Below, piece after piece: positions 1-14,900 of a stretch of 64,000 bases of DNA. A program made the translations under genes and the position numbers. This DNA is from Peribolospora baueri (lineage: Eukaryota): assembly GCA_029717555.1 (NCBI GenBank), contig JAMDHS010000025.1, positions 186,001 to 250,000 of the forward strand. Direction: 5' to 3'. Positions within the stretch are counted from its first letter, which is position 1, and each line of letters starts with the position of its first letter. Below the pieces are notes generated by a model. The model ran no database searches. It had not been told where the DNA came from and saw only the letters and a program-made list of their open reading frames with translations.

Positions 1-2678
1 TTCCACCCCTTGTCCTATTCCATTGCGGCGGTATCTCGGACCTTTATGCGCACAGACGACCGCAAGAGCTGTACTCTACTCGAGTGGACCTGGAACCGTT
101 ACCGATTGTGGCGCTTATTGTTTTCGAGGTCCGACCTTTTTGGTTGGCCGAGTGCTTCTATCTGTGAAGGACAGACAGCATCAAATCGCTGAGCAGGATC
201 CAGCCAACGAGACCCTTCAAACGATGCCGATGATGGGGCTCAGAGTGTGGCGACCAGGTTCGTCTCTCCACGTTCGTGATATTCATGCCAATATCGACCC
301 GCAAGCGGTCAATGCTACTACAGGGCCGTAGAGCATGGAGGTGTGACGATGTGGATTGGACAGCAACGTTGCCCAGAGTCTGTGTGAGGTCCTCGTCAAC
401 GTCGGCCGAGTCTGGAGGCACTCTCCTCCTCGACCTCAGCCCTTCACCGAGCTCCTGTGTTCACGTCGAAATAGTTTGGCTTGCTATGGGTCGGTGGTTG
501 AACAGCCATTAACACATCCTTCCATCGTTGCGCAATTGTCAACACACAAAATGGACGTTCCTGGAGGAGAATCCTCCTGCTCGGCTATCTTCGCATACCT
601 TCAGAGCTCTAGCTCCTCTGCGCGGATGAGGACGATATTTTAGACACTCGTCCATCCGCGCATCCTAACGTATATGTGAGCGTTTGATGACTCTTCTGTC
701 TCCTTCATCCAGCCAACCCTTCGTTTCCGTCTCCGTCCAGCGTCAGATGCTTAGCTGCTAGCCTCCCGCCCTCGTTCACTTAATCCCTCGGCCTACGAGG
801 ACATCAAGCCTGACGACTCTTCGCGCGCTTTTGCCGGCCCTTGGTGGTGCCGTTTCTTTGCCGACGTTGCCAAGGAGGAAGAGCGGACGACTTGTGGGAA
901 GTCAGGATGGGTTTTGACGTGGATCGGGGTCAGACGCGAGAATAGAGGGAGAAAACGAGCGATGGTTTGATCAGGGCTAACGTCGTTCCGACTTCCCTTT
1001 TGCATTCCAAAGCCCAGAACGACATGCAGACGCAATCGCTCACCTCTACGTTCGGCCGCGACGACGGCGCCGCATGTGACAGCAACCTCGTCACGTTCTT
1101 CCACTGTCTTGTCTTTCGCATCCCTCGCGTCCTGGAGAGGGAGAGGATCGACGGCGGCAGCCAGGGCCTTCACCATGGGGACAGGTGCTCTCTCAACGTT
1201 GGACAGCGAGGCGGCTTGCGCACGAAGGGGACTGGCGCGGCGGAGATGGTGGCGAGGAGCGTGGTTGCGAGAAGGAAGGATACAAGGGAAACGACGCAAA
1301 GGAACCTTATTTTGGCTGTTCTCCATCCGTGTGGGATGAGCTTACGGTCCGTCGGGCGGCTTGACAGGTGGGCTGGAATGGGTGATCACGACCAGCGTGA
1401 AGGGAAGAAAGAAGAGAAGCAGATGAGCGTGGAGTGAAGGGAGAGAAGAAAGAGAAATGGACGCAAATGCGAAGAAGGGGGAGGAGAGAAGACGGATCAA
1501 CCTGGGGGAGGACAGATAGAGGTAAGGCGTGAGAGATGCCGAGGAGGCCCTCTTTATGGAGAAGGGTAGTGCGAGGTCGAAGCTGTCTGGAGGTCGCTGT
1601 GCGCGTAGCTCAAGCAGATCACGACCAGTTGAACTCAATCAGTATTGGAGCACTTCGCCTTAGCAGCCAGGGACCACGAAACGGCAAGTAAAGTACATCT
1701 GGCCCATCAGATTGTAGAGTTTCAGAAGGAACCGGATGTCACAAGTGAGACGGAGCGAGCGCACACCGTCGTTAAGGGGTCGTGGGACCGTGAGCGGTTT
1801 TCGCTACGCGTTCATACCTCGCCAGGATTATCTGGACTGTCTGGAATTCGTTTGAGCTCTGCAGACATGAGGCGTGACCATAATACAAGGCTCAGAAAAC
1901 AACACAATGGTTGCCAAGCCGCAGCGCAGGCGTAGCCGACGGAGTTGTTCGAGTGGTGGTGCTTGAGTGGTGGTAGTCGAGCCGTGGCCGAGGCCTAAGG
2001 ACGTCTCAGTCCACTATATCTGTAAAATGGCGTAGGCCAACCTTTCCGCGGATCTGAACGTACATATGATTTCGTAGCGCACATGAGCCGCGGATAGGCC
2101 ATCATCTTTTGAAAAAGTAGCGCATGCGAGTGTCGGCCGACGGGGAGAGCGTGGCTATGGTCGTCAAGACGGACACGGTTAGCGCCAGGCTAGCCGCTGC
2201 CTCCTCTGCGGATAGATTTACGCCCAACGAATATTACAGCTTGAGGTGGTATTGGCACATCGAATGTCCGCTCCTCAAGTCCATTAGCTTGACTTATGAG
2301 CATGACACTGCACACCAGCCGTACAACAAGTACCTGGCCTATCGGCAGGTGGTGGCCCGTGCGCATCGCGTTGGCTCGACTGCGGCATTGCCAGCAAATC
2401 GACACCGAAGACATCGCAGGCGGGACCCGATCGCAATCACCACCATCACCGCCACCTGTACCGCTATCGCTCCTCTTCCTTCCTTCTTCTAGCGTCGCCA
2501 GTGGCCCCGAGTACGGACGGGCTGGACGCAGAATGATGCGTCTCGTCTGATTTAGCCTCGTCTTTACCCGCTCTCAACAATCCATCCACCTTCGCACCTC
2601 CGTTCTTCCCGTTGGCATCTCGCACTCCGTCCTCTTCTTCCTTCCGTCGTCCCGTCTCGTCCCGCCCGACGTTCCGCG

Positions 2679-5600
2679 ATGCCCGGCGTACGCACCCTAC
2701 CAGCCTCCCTCAGGCTGTCTCGGCTGACGATGTACGGCCTCGCCTCCACCATCATGGCTGTCTCAGTCGTATTCACCGCATTCAGGGAGAGGAGCAACTT
2801 CTATGCAGCTGCTGTGTATTTGAGCAAGAGTAGCGCGTTCATGTTGGTACGTTTGATGGTGCTTTATTGAACTGCTTTTTATCAACGGTTTATGTCGCCT
2901 TGCGTCTCATAATTTTTCTTTGCCTTTCTCCCTGCAAACCGCCGTAATCTGCCCGCGCAGATCATGATGAACTTTTGCATCTTTCTCACGCTCCTCTTTG
3001 GCATGGCCCTGCAAAGGCTCTTCTTTGGCCAGCTCCGACCGGTTGAAGTTGAGGTGAGATCTCATATTTTCATGTGTCTCGTCTCCCTACCCCTCCCCCC
3101 TCCCTTCAATGTATCGCTCACGTTTTTCCCCGGACCACCTGGGCCTTCAACAGCATCTATACGAGCGAGCCTGGTATGCAGTGACGGAATCCCTTTTGGC
3201 GATGACCATTTTCAGACGCGACTTCGACACTTCCTTCGTCGTTCGCTTCACAACGCTCCTCTTCATGAAAGTCTTCCACTGGCTTGGCGGCGACCGCGTC
3301 GAGTTCGTGCGTATCACTGTGCCCCTTTTAGCCGGACGCTCTCTGTTTTTGTGCTGGAATGCTCATCCCCCCTCCCCTTCTCGGCCCTTTAATGTCAACA
3401 ACTCGCATTCATGCCTGCAGATGGAGCAAACTCCGAACGTCACTACTATGTTCCACGTGCGGATGGTGGCCTTGCTCGCTACGCTCTGGGTCGTGGACTG
3501 CTTCATGGTCGCCTTCGCCGTGGAGGTCGTATGGGTGGCAAGGGAGAAGGCCGGGATCATGATCATGTTCGCGTCGGAGGTGCGTTTCTGGTCGCTTACA
3601 GAAGCACACGATAATGTCAAAAGCATCGTTAAGCTCAACTTCACCCTTCGCTTTTTCCCCTACACAGTTCATGATTCTATACGCCACCATTGTCCAGATT
3701 GCGCTCAAGTACGGCATCAACGCGTACGACAGACGACTGGACGTCGAGTGGGAGCAGAAGAGCATGTGGATATTTTATGTGGACCTTTTCACAGGTACGA
3801 CCGCCTTTCTCTCTTCTCTTTGCCCTTGCCTAAGCGCCCTCTCATGTTTCCCGTTGGCGGCACCTGCATTTCCAACTTGCATGGGCCGACAGACTTCCTC
3901 AAGCTCACCACCTACCTCATCTTCTTCGGCGTCATCCTCGCCTTCTACGGCCTCCCTCTCAATGTCATTCGAGATGTCTACATCACCGGCCGCTCCTTCA
4001 TCGGTCGCGTTCGGGATCTCCTTCGATACCGCGCCGCGACGCGAAATATGGACGAGCGGTATCCGGACGCGTCGAGGGAGGAGCTGGAGGCTATGAGCGA
4101 TCAGACGTGCATCATTTGCAGGGAAGAGATGGAGCATCGCACGAGTCGGGCGGAGAGGGAAGCTAGGGAACGGGCGGAAGGGGGAAGGAGGGGCGAGCAG
4201 GAACACGACGGAAGTGGTGGAACAAGCGGGCCGAGGCAGGGTCCGAATGACACGCCAAAGAAGCTACCTTGCGGACACGTTTTCCACTTCCACTGTCTCC
4301 GGAGCTGGTTGGAGAGGCAGCAGAGTTGTCCTACTTGGTAAGCGTGTGGCTTCGCTTTGCGTCTCTTAACAGATCTTATTCCGCCCATCATTCTGATCTC
4401 GTTCGTTCCACTTTGTGTTCGCATAGCCGTCGCCCCGTCCTCGAAAATTCTCCACCAGAAAACCCTCCTCGGGGTCCAGCTCCCGCTCCCCGTCAACCCG
4501 GACAAGCTCCGAGAGTAGAAGTTGCACCAGCCGCGACGCCGACCCCGACAGCAACATCGACGGCTGGACCGACGGGAGCGGGAACGGGGGCAGGAACGTC
4601 ACGTCCGGAGAACGTACACGCAATATACCAGCGGTACTTGCGAGAAGAAGAGAATCGGGCACAGGACAGTTTCCAGCGGTTCATGCAGCAGATGCGCGAT
4701 GAGCGCGCGCGGGGTGAGCGGAGCGCTCGGATGGCTGCATCGAATGCGACGGCTCAGTCCTTTGGAGCCCCGGACCCAAGCGTCTCTGCCCCTTCCTCGG
4801 GCCCGTCTGCACATGGACCAACGTCCCCAGCTTCGCAGCCTCGTGCACCTTTCGTCTTCGACGGGGCGCAGGCTCGTCCACCTCCTCTCCCTCCATCACT
4901 GTTTGGACCTTGGGCACAAGGTCAACCCGGCGCCATCGGGACCATGGGCCATCTCAGCTTTGGAGGCCCTGGTGCACCCACACCTCCTCCTTGGGCGATG
5001 CCAGTGCCACCTCAGTTCAGAAATGGTGGACCGGATGCTTTTATGCCTAGCCCGACTCCGACCGTGACGGCTGCAGGTGCAGCTGGTCCTTCGAACGGGG
5101 TCGATGGGCACGCGGGCGCCGCCGCCACTAGCTCGGGTGACAGGCCTCCCAATGGCTCAGTTCCCGTCACGGCTCCGTCTCCTGTTCCTTCTGCCTCCAC
5201 CTCCACGGCTGACGGCGCGGGTCCGTCTTCACTAAGGTCGGTCGATCTGAGCGGCTCTGCCGCCCAGGCCGAGGAGAAGAAGGAAAAAGGTAAGGAGAAG
5301 GAGAAGAAGACAGAAGACGCTTCTTCTCTTGACCCCCCCGATCCGCGCAAAGCTGCTGCGGCTGCTGCGCTGAGACGGTTCCAAGGGCCTCCACGGCCTC
5401 CACAGCCCGCACAACCCGCACAGCTCGCACAGTCCCCTTCTGCCCCTACCCCATCTCACTTCCGCGTCCTCGACTCTCAACTAACGACGCTGTCCCGTGC
5501 TACGAGGGAAGGACTGGAGGAGAGGCTAAGGGTGTTGGAGAGCGTGCAGAACGCGACCTATACCATGATCGAGGAGCTGTCGAAGGTGTTGAGCGTTTTG

Positions 5601-5717
5601 CCCGTCGATGAGGCGATCATCCGTAGGAGCGCAGAAAGTGCAAGTGGGGAGGAGACGAAGGAAGCGGCGGCGGGAGGAACTACCAAGGAAGGGACTACCG
5701 AGACGCTGGATGGGTAG
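2679..5717 (+). CDS. HRD1: ERAD E3 ubiquitin ligase Hrd1/synoviolin (multi-exon)
   Basis: N-terminal TM region (RSNFYAAAVYLSKS; LFFGQLRPVEVE|HLYERAWYAVTESLLAMTIFR; KVFHWL). RING-H2 CIICREEM...PKKLPCGHVFHFHCLRSWLERQQSCPT. Pro-rich C-terminus. GT-AG introns join the ORF pieces. Confidence 0.95.
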
Positions 5718-6292
5718 CATCACCGCCGAGTTGTCTTCATGTGTAACGTCCCTCCGTGTAGAAGTTCTCCGTACGCCGTCGACTCTTACTTGTTTCTAGA
5801 GCCCCATCTTGCCCCATCTTATACAAATCGTTTTCATAGTATTCTTTCCTCCAATGCCAAGGACGATGCTGGCCAAGCGGACCGGGAGGCAAAAGGGAGA
5901 GGACGGCCAGATGATCTGTGTCTCCAGAGCCCGTGCACCTTTCTTCAGGGGTTACCATGCCATCCCCTGAAAAAAGCGTGGAATGAGTCACAGCAAGCAA
6001 GGGTTACGAAAGAAGCTTCCAAGATTTTTCGTCTATCGTTCATGGAGAACATGAACGTCGTGGACGCAAGACGAGTTCACAAGGGCATCAAATAGCACAT
6101 AGAAGCATCTAGAAGTTGTGACCTTGGCACAGCAGCCTGCTGTAAGTTAACAAGGGCCCCTTGGACTGTTGGAAAAAATGGACGAGCAAAAAATGCTTTG
6201 CTTTGCAGAGACGAGAGACATCACCCTGCGCTTGGCAAAAGACAGCTAGCTGGACGATTAATATTGGTACAAAACTTGCTCTATAGCTGAGA

Positions 6293-9200
6293 TCATCCCG
6301 AGTAAGTGAACCTAAAAATAGGGAGAGAAGGGACGATTCAGTCTTTTGTCCACGCAGCTGGATCACCAATGACCATGGATGTCATTCAGCTCACCACCTG
6401 TCCCGGCATTCTACGGCCTCCCTCCTTACGGCTCTCTTTCGGTCATCGACGGCCTTGCCGAGCTCGCGAATCACAACGGCCCTTTGAGGATGGAGCTTGG
6501 AATACTGGACCACGTCTGGTAGAACAGCGAGGCAGCGGAGCGCGGCGATACGGACAGGCTGTGCGAGGCGGAAGGAACGTACGGCGTGACCGGTTCAGCA
6601 AAGAGGCACGTCACACGGTACAATGCCCAGCCTCCGCCTACTCACGGCAGAGACAAACTCGCCCGGCAACGAGTTTTCCAGCAACGCAGAAACTAGCTCG
6701 GAGGCGCGGGACTCAACCAGCTCCTTGGCCTCTGGTGCCGTCGACGTCGCTCGGATGGTGTTGATCGAGCTTGCGCGCGCCTCCGCGTCCGGAAGGGAGA
6801 GTGCGCGGAGGAGGAGAGGTATGAGCTGTCCGGTAAATAGACGTGGAAGGTGAAAAAGGCGTGCACGACGAGAGTCGGAGCACAGGCAGTTGCGAAGGCA
6901 TAAAATCAGCACCTCGTTCGACGCAGAAGGGAGAGGGGAAACTGAAGAGCAGCTGGCCCGCATCTGCGACTGACCTTCGGAAGCTCCTTCACGCTAATGG
7001 CTTGGGGCATGCTAGGAAGAAGGCAGGAGAGTGCAACGAGGTAGGTTCCTTGGTAAAGCGAGCCGTGCGCAGCTTGGTAGCCTTGTACGACCTTGGGCAC
7101 GATGTAGGTGAAGAAGCGCTGTCGGTGGAGGAGCTGAGAGCATGAGAGGAAGAGACATCGGCAATGAGCGCTTCGAATAACTAGTCCTTCATATCCCTAA
7201 TCTGGACGATTTTGCAGGATCGAGGGTCGTGATAGGCTAAAAGCTCACCCGAATGACGGCTCCGTTCTCCTTGGTCAACACCCCATCCTCCGCATTCGCA
7301 ACGATGGCCAACGCCTTCGCAGCCTCTTGACACAGGTCTGGGTCCGTAACGAGCGAGAGAACGGCGTCGATGTACGCGTATCCCTTTTGTTCGCCCCGGA
7401 CTATTAGGGCCTTTGCAATCTGTCAACGATAGAAGGTCCAGCAAGTCAATGACCAGGTATAGACAAGAGAAGCGTGCGAACGGCCAAAGTGAGCGCGAGC
7501 TGCTTCCATCAAGCTACGAAGAGGCGACGCAGCGATCAACGAAAACTAGGAGACATGCGCACCCAAAGCCAAGCCTTGACGGCCAATCTTCGCCGGTCGA
7601 TCGGCGCTTGCGGGCTGACAACTGCCGCGCGCCAATAAGCCTCCAGGTCCGCGTCCAATGTCGGCTTGAGTGCTGTTGAGAACGAAAGCGCGACACCAAG
7701 ATGTTGGGAAAGTCCCAAGAAACCGAGAACGAGGGATTACGGAAAGCCAGCAAATAGCGGCGTCAACATGTCAACTCGTGTGGGGCAAGTCGTAACCCGT
7801 TCGTCTTATCCTGAGAAACAGGCCTACTCGTCCCAGTCGATGCCATAGCATTGGAATGAAGATGCGTCAAACGAACCTTCAAAGTACTTGTTCACCGTTG
7901 CCGCGACGATGGCGAAAGCGGCCCTGGCTTGTACCTCATTGTCCGAAAGCGGGAGCCACTCGAGCATACGTTCCAACAACTGTCTGGCCTCGATGTCTAG
8001 AGGCAAGGGCACGTCTTTCTTGAGGGCGACGAAAGCGGAGGAGAAGAGGCTCACGGTGCTGCGCTGGGCTTCGGACGGGTGGGAAATGGAGGGATCGAGG
8101 GGGACGAAGGGAGACAAAGACGAGTCGGAGATGGCGGCGGTGGAAATGTCGCGAAGGAGGGGGGAGAGGGAGGAAGAAAGGTAACCTTCAAAGAGGGAGG
8201 CGGCGAAAATCGTTTGTTTCCTGTGGTAGAAAGAACGATAGCAAGTCATCGTTAAGGGGGTGAGAAGGGCGGATTGGAAGATGCAGATGGGACGGGACGA
8301 ACTCACTCGATACCCAAGCTCCTGACGAGCAGTCCAACGATCTTTCCCATATCCTCCAGAACCTCCAAATCCCTCGCCACTAGGTCCTTCCCGACCTCCT
8401 CATCTCCATTCCTGCCCTCCACCCTAGCAGATACGATGGCCAAAGCAAATAGTCTTGGCGCGAGCGTGGCGATATACCGGGGCACGTCCGCATTATTGGA
8501 TTTCACCTTGGAGAGAAGTACGCGATGGAGGGTCGCGAGGAGGGCGCGCGCGTAAGAGACGTTTGCGTCGTGCGTCTTGGCGGTGTCCAGCGTCGCAACC
8601 ATGGGTGCTTCCTGTTCTGTCCCCAAGGCGATGGGCCGGGGAGCGCAGACATATTCCAACTTGGCCAGTAGCCTCACCACGAGCGTCTCGAAAAGGTCAG
8701 GCTGGATGCAAAGCCTGGAGAGGCTGGAGAGAGTCCTGCGGTAGGAAGCGCGGGTCTGTTGGGCCTCCTCGGTGGAGAGATCGGAGGCAGAGGTGGGGAT
8801 GCGGTCCGGAAGCTTGGAGAGGAGAAGGGGAAGGGTTGAGTTGGAGAGGAATTTCGGGGAAAGGCGGGAGAGGGAGGTGAGGAAGGTCAGGGCGGAATCC
8901 CTGAAAAGTCGTCGACAGTAGACGACGCGGCAGAGGAGGACAGACGCAATATATGTCAGCGTGATGTATGCGTTGTGCGTCTATAGAAATGCATAGGACG
9001 TAAGACCCGCAGCCATTCCTATCCACCCACCTAACATCCTCTGCCTCATTCTCGACGACCAACCCGTTCACCACATCGACCAGGAACCCCAACTCTGCAG
9101 GGTCTAACATGCCTTTGACAAACACGATCTCGGAGAGCGCTTCCAGAGCGGTGGCTCTTTGAGAGGGCGCCTTGAGGCCTTTTGCGAGCGCTGCAAGCAG

Positions 9201-11475
9201 CTCATCGCGGAAAGGTTCGAGTGGGCGTTCGGTTGTGTAGGCGCGCGACGGCGTACCGGTGGGGTTCTGGGTGATAGGGGGCTCGGAGGCGGGAGTGAGA
9301 GTGGGGGGAATGTTGCCTTCCGAAGTGTGCACCTGCGGCTGCTGCGCATCAGAAAGCGAAGTCGCCCGGTCTGAATCCTTGGCCGCCACACCGGGTGACG
9401 ATTGGCCCACCATGGCTGCAGGCGAAGGGGATGCGTTCAGCGTAGTCGAAGAGTGGCCATAGGCATCCTTGAGCGCGCGGAAGAGCTCGGCGAGGTGTGA
9501 GAAGATGGGTGGTCGAATGGAGGGATCTTCAGAGGAGTGGTAGATTCTGAGGAGGAGCTCAAGGGATTGTTTAAGCATGAGATTCGAGGTCACCGCTACC
9601 GAGGCACAGAGAAAGAGGACGCAAAGCAGAGAAGACGGACGCAAGAACGAATGGGGCCATCAGTCTGAGGTCCTCAGCAGTCTCGTCCTCTGGATGAAGT
9701 AGACATCCCTCTCGAACATGAGGCAACTCACCACTGGCCCGAACAGCGCAAGCGGCGACTTTAGCAGCCGGCTTAGCCATGCTCTTCTCCGGCTCCTCCA
9801 AGCTCTGTAACACATCGGCAGCGATGCGAGGCATAATGCCATCGGCGGCATTTTCATCGGCGTAAAGAGTTCGGAGGAGGTCGGTCAGGGCTGCCTCGGC
9901 AAGTTGTTCGGTCGTGGCGTCTGTGGCGTGGAAAATCTGCAGAGAGAACGTCACAATATTTGGGTGTGAAGAGGTAATCAGCCACCGTCTTCTCCGCCAC
10001 GCTACAGAAGAAGGCTAACTCCGCGCCGCGTACCTCAATCTTGAGTCCCTCCCACAACCTCAACGCAAACTCCTGCGCCGCTGCCTTCCCGTAGACAGGC
10101 AGACACGCGCTGAGCGTCTCGAGAGTGTCGCGCTTCGCGTTGCCGCCCGATGCTGCAAGTTTCTCGAGAAGGAGGGGCATTGCCAGAGGTGCAAAAAGAG
10201 GGGTAGCGCAGAGGCATTGTCTGAGGACGAGAGAAGGGGAAGACGAGGGGGAGGAAGGGGATGAGTTTGTTTAAACAGAGGTTCGCTTGCTGAAAGAGGA
10301 TAGACCACCCACCGAAGGGCCAATTTCAAGTCTTCGGTCGTGATACCATAGGGATCGTCCGGAGGCGGTCGGAAGGTGATAGGGAAATAGCAGAAAGTGA
10401 TGTCGAAAAGTGCCTGAAGAAGAGCAAAACGTGTTTCGAGAGACGTTGTCCCGGAGCCAGGGAAGTCAGTGGAGAGTCATCCATAGCCTGCGAGTGCATT
10501 AAACCGGAGTTCCAGTTGCACACTTACCTCTACATGATTCCCCAGCGGCCATTCTAGCAGAACGACCCTATCGATTCCAAAAGCGAGCAACAGGTTCCTA
10601 GGGTCTTTCTCTCCTTCCAACAGAGCCGCGTAGCCGGCGAGAAACTCGTCGGCAAACCTGGGGCTCTTGAGCGCCTCTCGGTGACGTGCCACAAGGTTGT
10701 CTACAAGTTGAAGAACTTTGAAGCGGGTAATCTGTGGGAAGGAGTGCGGATGGGGGGTCGGTCGGAGATGGGCAAAGATGGCGCGGGAGACAGACTGCGT
10801 TTCCGAGTGGCCCCAGGACGATGGCGAAGGCAGAGAGGAGAGAGTGGTGAGGCCTGAGAGAACGTGATGGAGCATAGGGCCAGTGGGAGGTGCGGCAGTC
10901 GAAGGGGAGGTGGATGGGCTGCTTGCCGCCGCCGCTTTAGACGACGCTGGCGCAGACGTCGCTGCTGAACTGGGCAGAACCGACTTTTGGGAAGGGTTAT
11001 GGAAGATGGTCACAGCGTCCTCAACCTTGTCAATGTAAAATCCGGTCAGAACCCGGGCTGAGAAGGCGGGCAAAGACAGGGGTATGACATGAGCCGGCGA
11101 GCACCGAGGAGGATTTCATATGCTCATCAACGTCGTCCGATGCAAACGCCGAACGATCGCGCATGCGTATCGATTGGCCGAAGCACCCTCCTCCATGCTC
11201 GGTGCCTCTCCTTGGCCCTGGAAACAAGCGGCAGACTCACCGGCCTGTTTATTGATCCTCTCCGCACTAACGCCTGCCAATACCTCGCTAAGGAGCAATA
11301 TGGCCCTGGTCCGAAGCACCTCATCGTCGGCGGTGAGGTACTCTCCGAGCAACTTGACGAGCGCGAGGAGCGTTAGGCCGCCTTGGTCTACGGCATGGGA
11401 AACCGAGGCGGGCACCCGGGGAAGGGCGCCGACCATGAAGGAGCGCAGGTCCAGCGCTGGAGTAGTGTCTTCCAT
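6293..11475 (-). CDS. MMS19: MMS19/Met18 cytosolic Fe-S assembly HEAT-repeat protein (multi-exon)
   Basis: LLALVKLLGEYLTADDEVLRTRAILLL, EGEKDPRNLLLAF, CYFPITFRPPPDDPYGIT and LLLEKL motifs. The C-terminal exons read ...REAVECRDRW|FTYSG* with the stop at 6293-6295. Confidence 0.92.
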
Positions 11476-11925
11476 GGCTGGTGAAGCAGGGTGGGACGAG
11501 GGAGTGGAAGAAAGGCTGATCACGGCTCACCGAGTCTTGTTCTTGCTGCGGCACCATTTCTTTTCCGGGAGGACGCTGAGGAGGAGATTTCAAATCAGAG
11601 CTGAAGCCTCCACTATTATTCGTGCGACTTCGATAACAGAGAGCTGCTGCGGCGATGTGACGTAGTCGGCCGATCCGATCATTCGCAGCATGGAGAGCGG
11701 TGTAGGAGTAGAGAGGATGTCCTTCTCAACTACGACGGCGACGGCTGACAACACCATCGACGGAACAACACATAGAGGAAAGAAAAAAAGAAGAAACGAA
11801 GGAAGGAATAAAGAAGGAGAGGGCACAAGAATCCAGAACGCAACCGTCTCTTTTTCTCTCCCGTCTTGCATTTTCGCTCGCATACGAGCCTCCGTTGCCT
11901 TTTCCCCCCTCCCTCGCACGCCGTC

Positions 11926-14900
11926 ATGTCACCTTCTATGCAGCACCAGCCGCCGTCGGCGTTTGACCTCTCCGGTCCGGAGGAGACACCCGTCGACGTC
12001 CTCTCTGCCGAGCTTGATCCAGTCCACATATCCACCTCGCGTCAGCCTACGCCGCCAACCCCTTCCCCCTCCCAGGTTACCGTGTCCCCGCTGACCGGTC
12101 TCCCCACCAATCCCACCCGCCTCCCATTCGTCTCCCTCCACATCCCCGCGGCCGCCCTACCTCAGGAACTTGAGAGCGGCGTGAAGGAGCTTGCCAAGCA
12201 TGCCGTCAGAGGCAACATTAGCGTGGGAGAGGGAGACGGGAGCAGGGACGGGGACGGTTGGCGGAGCGTCAAGGGCGCCAGGGACGGAGAGTGGGTGTGG
12301 AACGTCAGCTTCGAGAACTCCGGCCTCCGCCCCGGCCACCTCGAGATGGAGCCCTCTGCTTCCAGTTTTTATGACGAGGGTGGGGGCTCGCCCGAGGAGA
12401 GGGCCAACGCCGAGGCGAGGCCCTACATCGTGTTAATCAAGTATAAGCGCAAGAACGATGGTGGGTCGAAAACGGATGAGATGAGACGGCACGCCAGATG
12501 GACGGGTAGCTGACTGTCCATACGGACTCGCACTCTCCAACGTTTTGAAATCAACCTACATCAGCATTCCGCGCCCTTGGCCACCTCCTCTCGCTTACCC
12601 GCACCCTCCTGTCTCCTTGGGACCCCAGCATGGACCCCTCCCCTCACCCCTCGCTCCTCTCACCTCCCCAACCCGGCAACCCGCCCACGCGCTTTCTTCT
12701 TTCCACCTCCCCATCCCCTTCCCATCTTCCTTATTCCGAGACGTGCGTCTTCGATACCCTCGGCACCATGATCGATTGCTCCCGCAATGGCGTTCTCAAG
12801 GTCGAGAGCGTGAAGTTTTTGTGCAGGATGTTGGCCAATATGGGCTATGACATGCTGCAGCTCTATACGGAGGATACGTACAAGGTCAGTTTATCCTTTG
12901 CGCTACTAGCTTAGTTGACCCGACATCTCACACCATCTTCGCTCCTCGTTCCGAACGCAACTCTTTCTCCTCATGCACGCCTGCAGATCGAAGACGAGCC
13001 CTTCTTTGGCTACCTACGCGGCGGATATACGAACGAAGAGCTCCAGGAGATTGATGACTATGCTTTTGACCTTGGCATCGAGGTCATTCCTTGCAGTAAG
13101 TATGTCATTTTTTTAATATCGCAACTGTCTTTTTTTGTCACCGATTACCACTGACGATGAACGGCTGTCTTCTTCCGATTCATTATGTTTTCGCTGGCGC
13201 ACTCGTCTGCCTTTGCGAACGCAGTTCAAACGCTTGGCCACCTGGGACAGATGCTCCAGTGGCCTAGGTTCCTTGGTCTCAGGGACACCCCGGAAGTGCT
13301 TCTGGCGGAAGTGCCGGAAACATATGCTTTTCTCGAGAAAGTGCGATTTTTTTTCCTACTCGAACTCGCTTTGAGCGGATGTCTCACCCACCGGCCGTGA
13401 ATGAACTCGTTCACTCTCCCGATTCAATCCTTACCCTCGCTTCCCTGCAGATGATTGGCGCAGCGACGGCGTCGTTTCGCACGAACAAGATTCACCTCGG
13501 CATGGACGAAACGCATGGCCTAGGTTACGGCCGCTACCAGTCCGTCTTCGCCCACCAGCCGTGGAAAGACCCGACGAAGATTTTTGTGGAGCACTTGCAG
13601 CGCGTCAATGAGATCTGTAAACGGTTGGGACTTAAGCCTATGATTTGGAGCGACAGTGAGTGAAAGGCGACCGGGTCCATCTATGGACTTTGAAGCGGCC
13701 AAGTCTAGCCAGCCACGTTGTCTTGTCCGTCGTTAACTCTTCTCTCCTTTCTGCCGTACCCTTTGCACAGTGCTCTTTTGTCTGAATGCGAAGAACAACA
13801 CGCTCTTGGGCTACTACGAATCCGGTAGCGCAGCGACTCAAGAAGTGATCGAGGGCATCCCGGACGACGTCGACCTGGTCTATTGGGACTATTATCATAC
13901 CACTAAGGAGAGCTACGCCAAGAGGATCTCGGACCATTGGGAGTTGGGGAGGAAGAGTCCTTGGATGGCTGCTGGGTCGGTGAGTGGCGTTGGATTGATC
14001 GCATAATTGAATCCTGGTCGATGCGCACAGTGTCCTGAACCGGCACCGACATTTTCATGTGCGACCGCACGACAGTGGACTTGGTCCCGTTTCTGGACCG
14101 CCCTTCCCTTCACCTTTGCCACAAACAGAGCGTGCATGAACGCCAGCAAGGCGCCAGAGAGCGGCGTAAAGCATGCGTTCCTCACCATTTGGGGCGACGA
14201 GGGCAATGGTGAGTTGCAAGGGGATGGAAGGCACGATCGAGACGCTACGATTGGATCTTACCATGCCTCTCCATGTTTGTCCTCTCCTCGCAGAGGTCGA
14301 CCTGTACTCCTCTCTCCCCGCGTGGCTCTACTGGGCCGACCACGCTTACACGCCAAACGACGAGGTAGACGTGCCTCTGCTCAAAGCTAAGTTTGGTGAG
14401 CAGCTGGAGGGGTGTCGGGTGGTCAGTCGCCTTTACCGTCTGCGATGTGGATGAACCGATTACCTTGTCCGCTTGCGGCCTTAACAGACGGCATCTGTGG
14501 AGGCAGCTTCGACGACTTTGTCTACGCCTCCAAGCTCGACGACGTCAATCCCGAGGTGCAGCCTTTGGATAACAAGATCCACTTTGCCTCGAACTTGTCC
14601 AAGTGGCTCCTGTGGGAGGGTGAGTTGGTGTGGCTCGCTGTGGCGTATCGTCGAGTTTGAACGCAGCTGATGTCGATGGTCGCCTTTTGCTCGGCGTCCT
14701 ATCGCCACGCTCAGAACCCTTCTACGGTTTTGTCTCACCCACGATGCGTCGGCTGAACCTCGAAGCGCACTTTGCCTCCATCTCGTCCTACATCTCCCAC
14801 GCTCTCACCTTTTCTCCCACCTCGCTCAACCCTGCCCATCTTCCTCCTCGCTCCCTCTGCGACTACCCTCTCAACGCGCGCCTCCGTTTCCCGTACCTCC

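Noticed and set aside
1..2600. Short ORFs including 793-1326 (-) with a possible splice donor near 1044
   Set aside because: No recognisable domain or coherent exon chain. It may be UTR, non-coding or lineage-specific sequence, but I cannot support a call.
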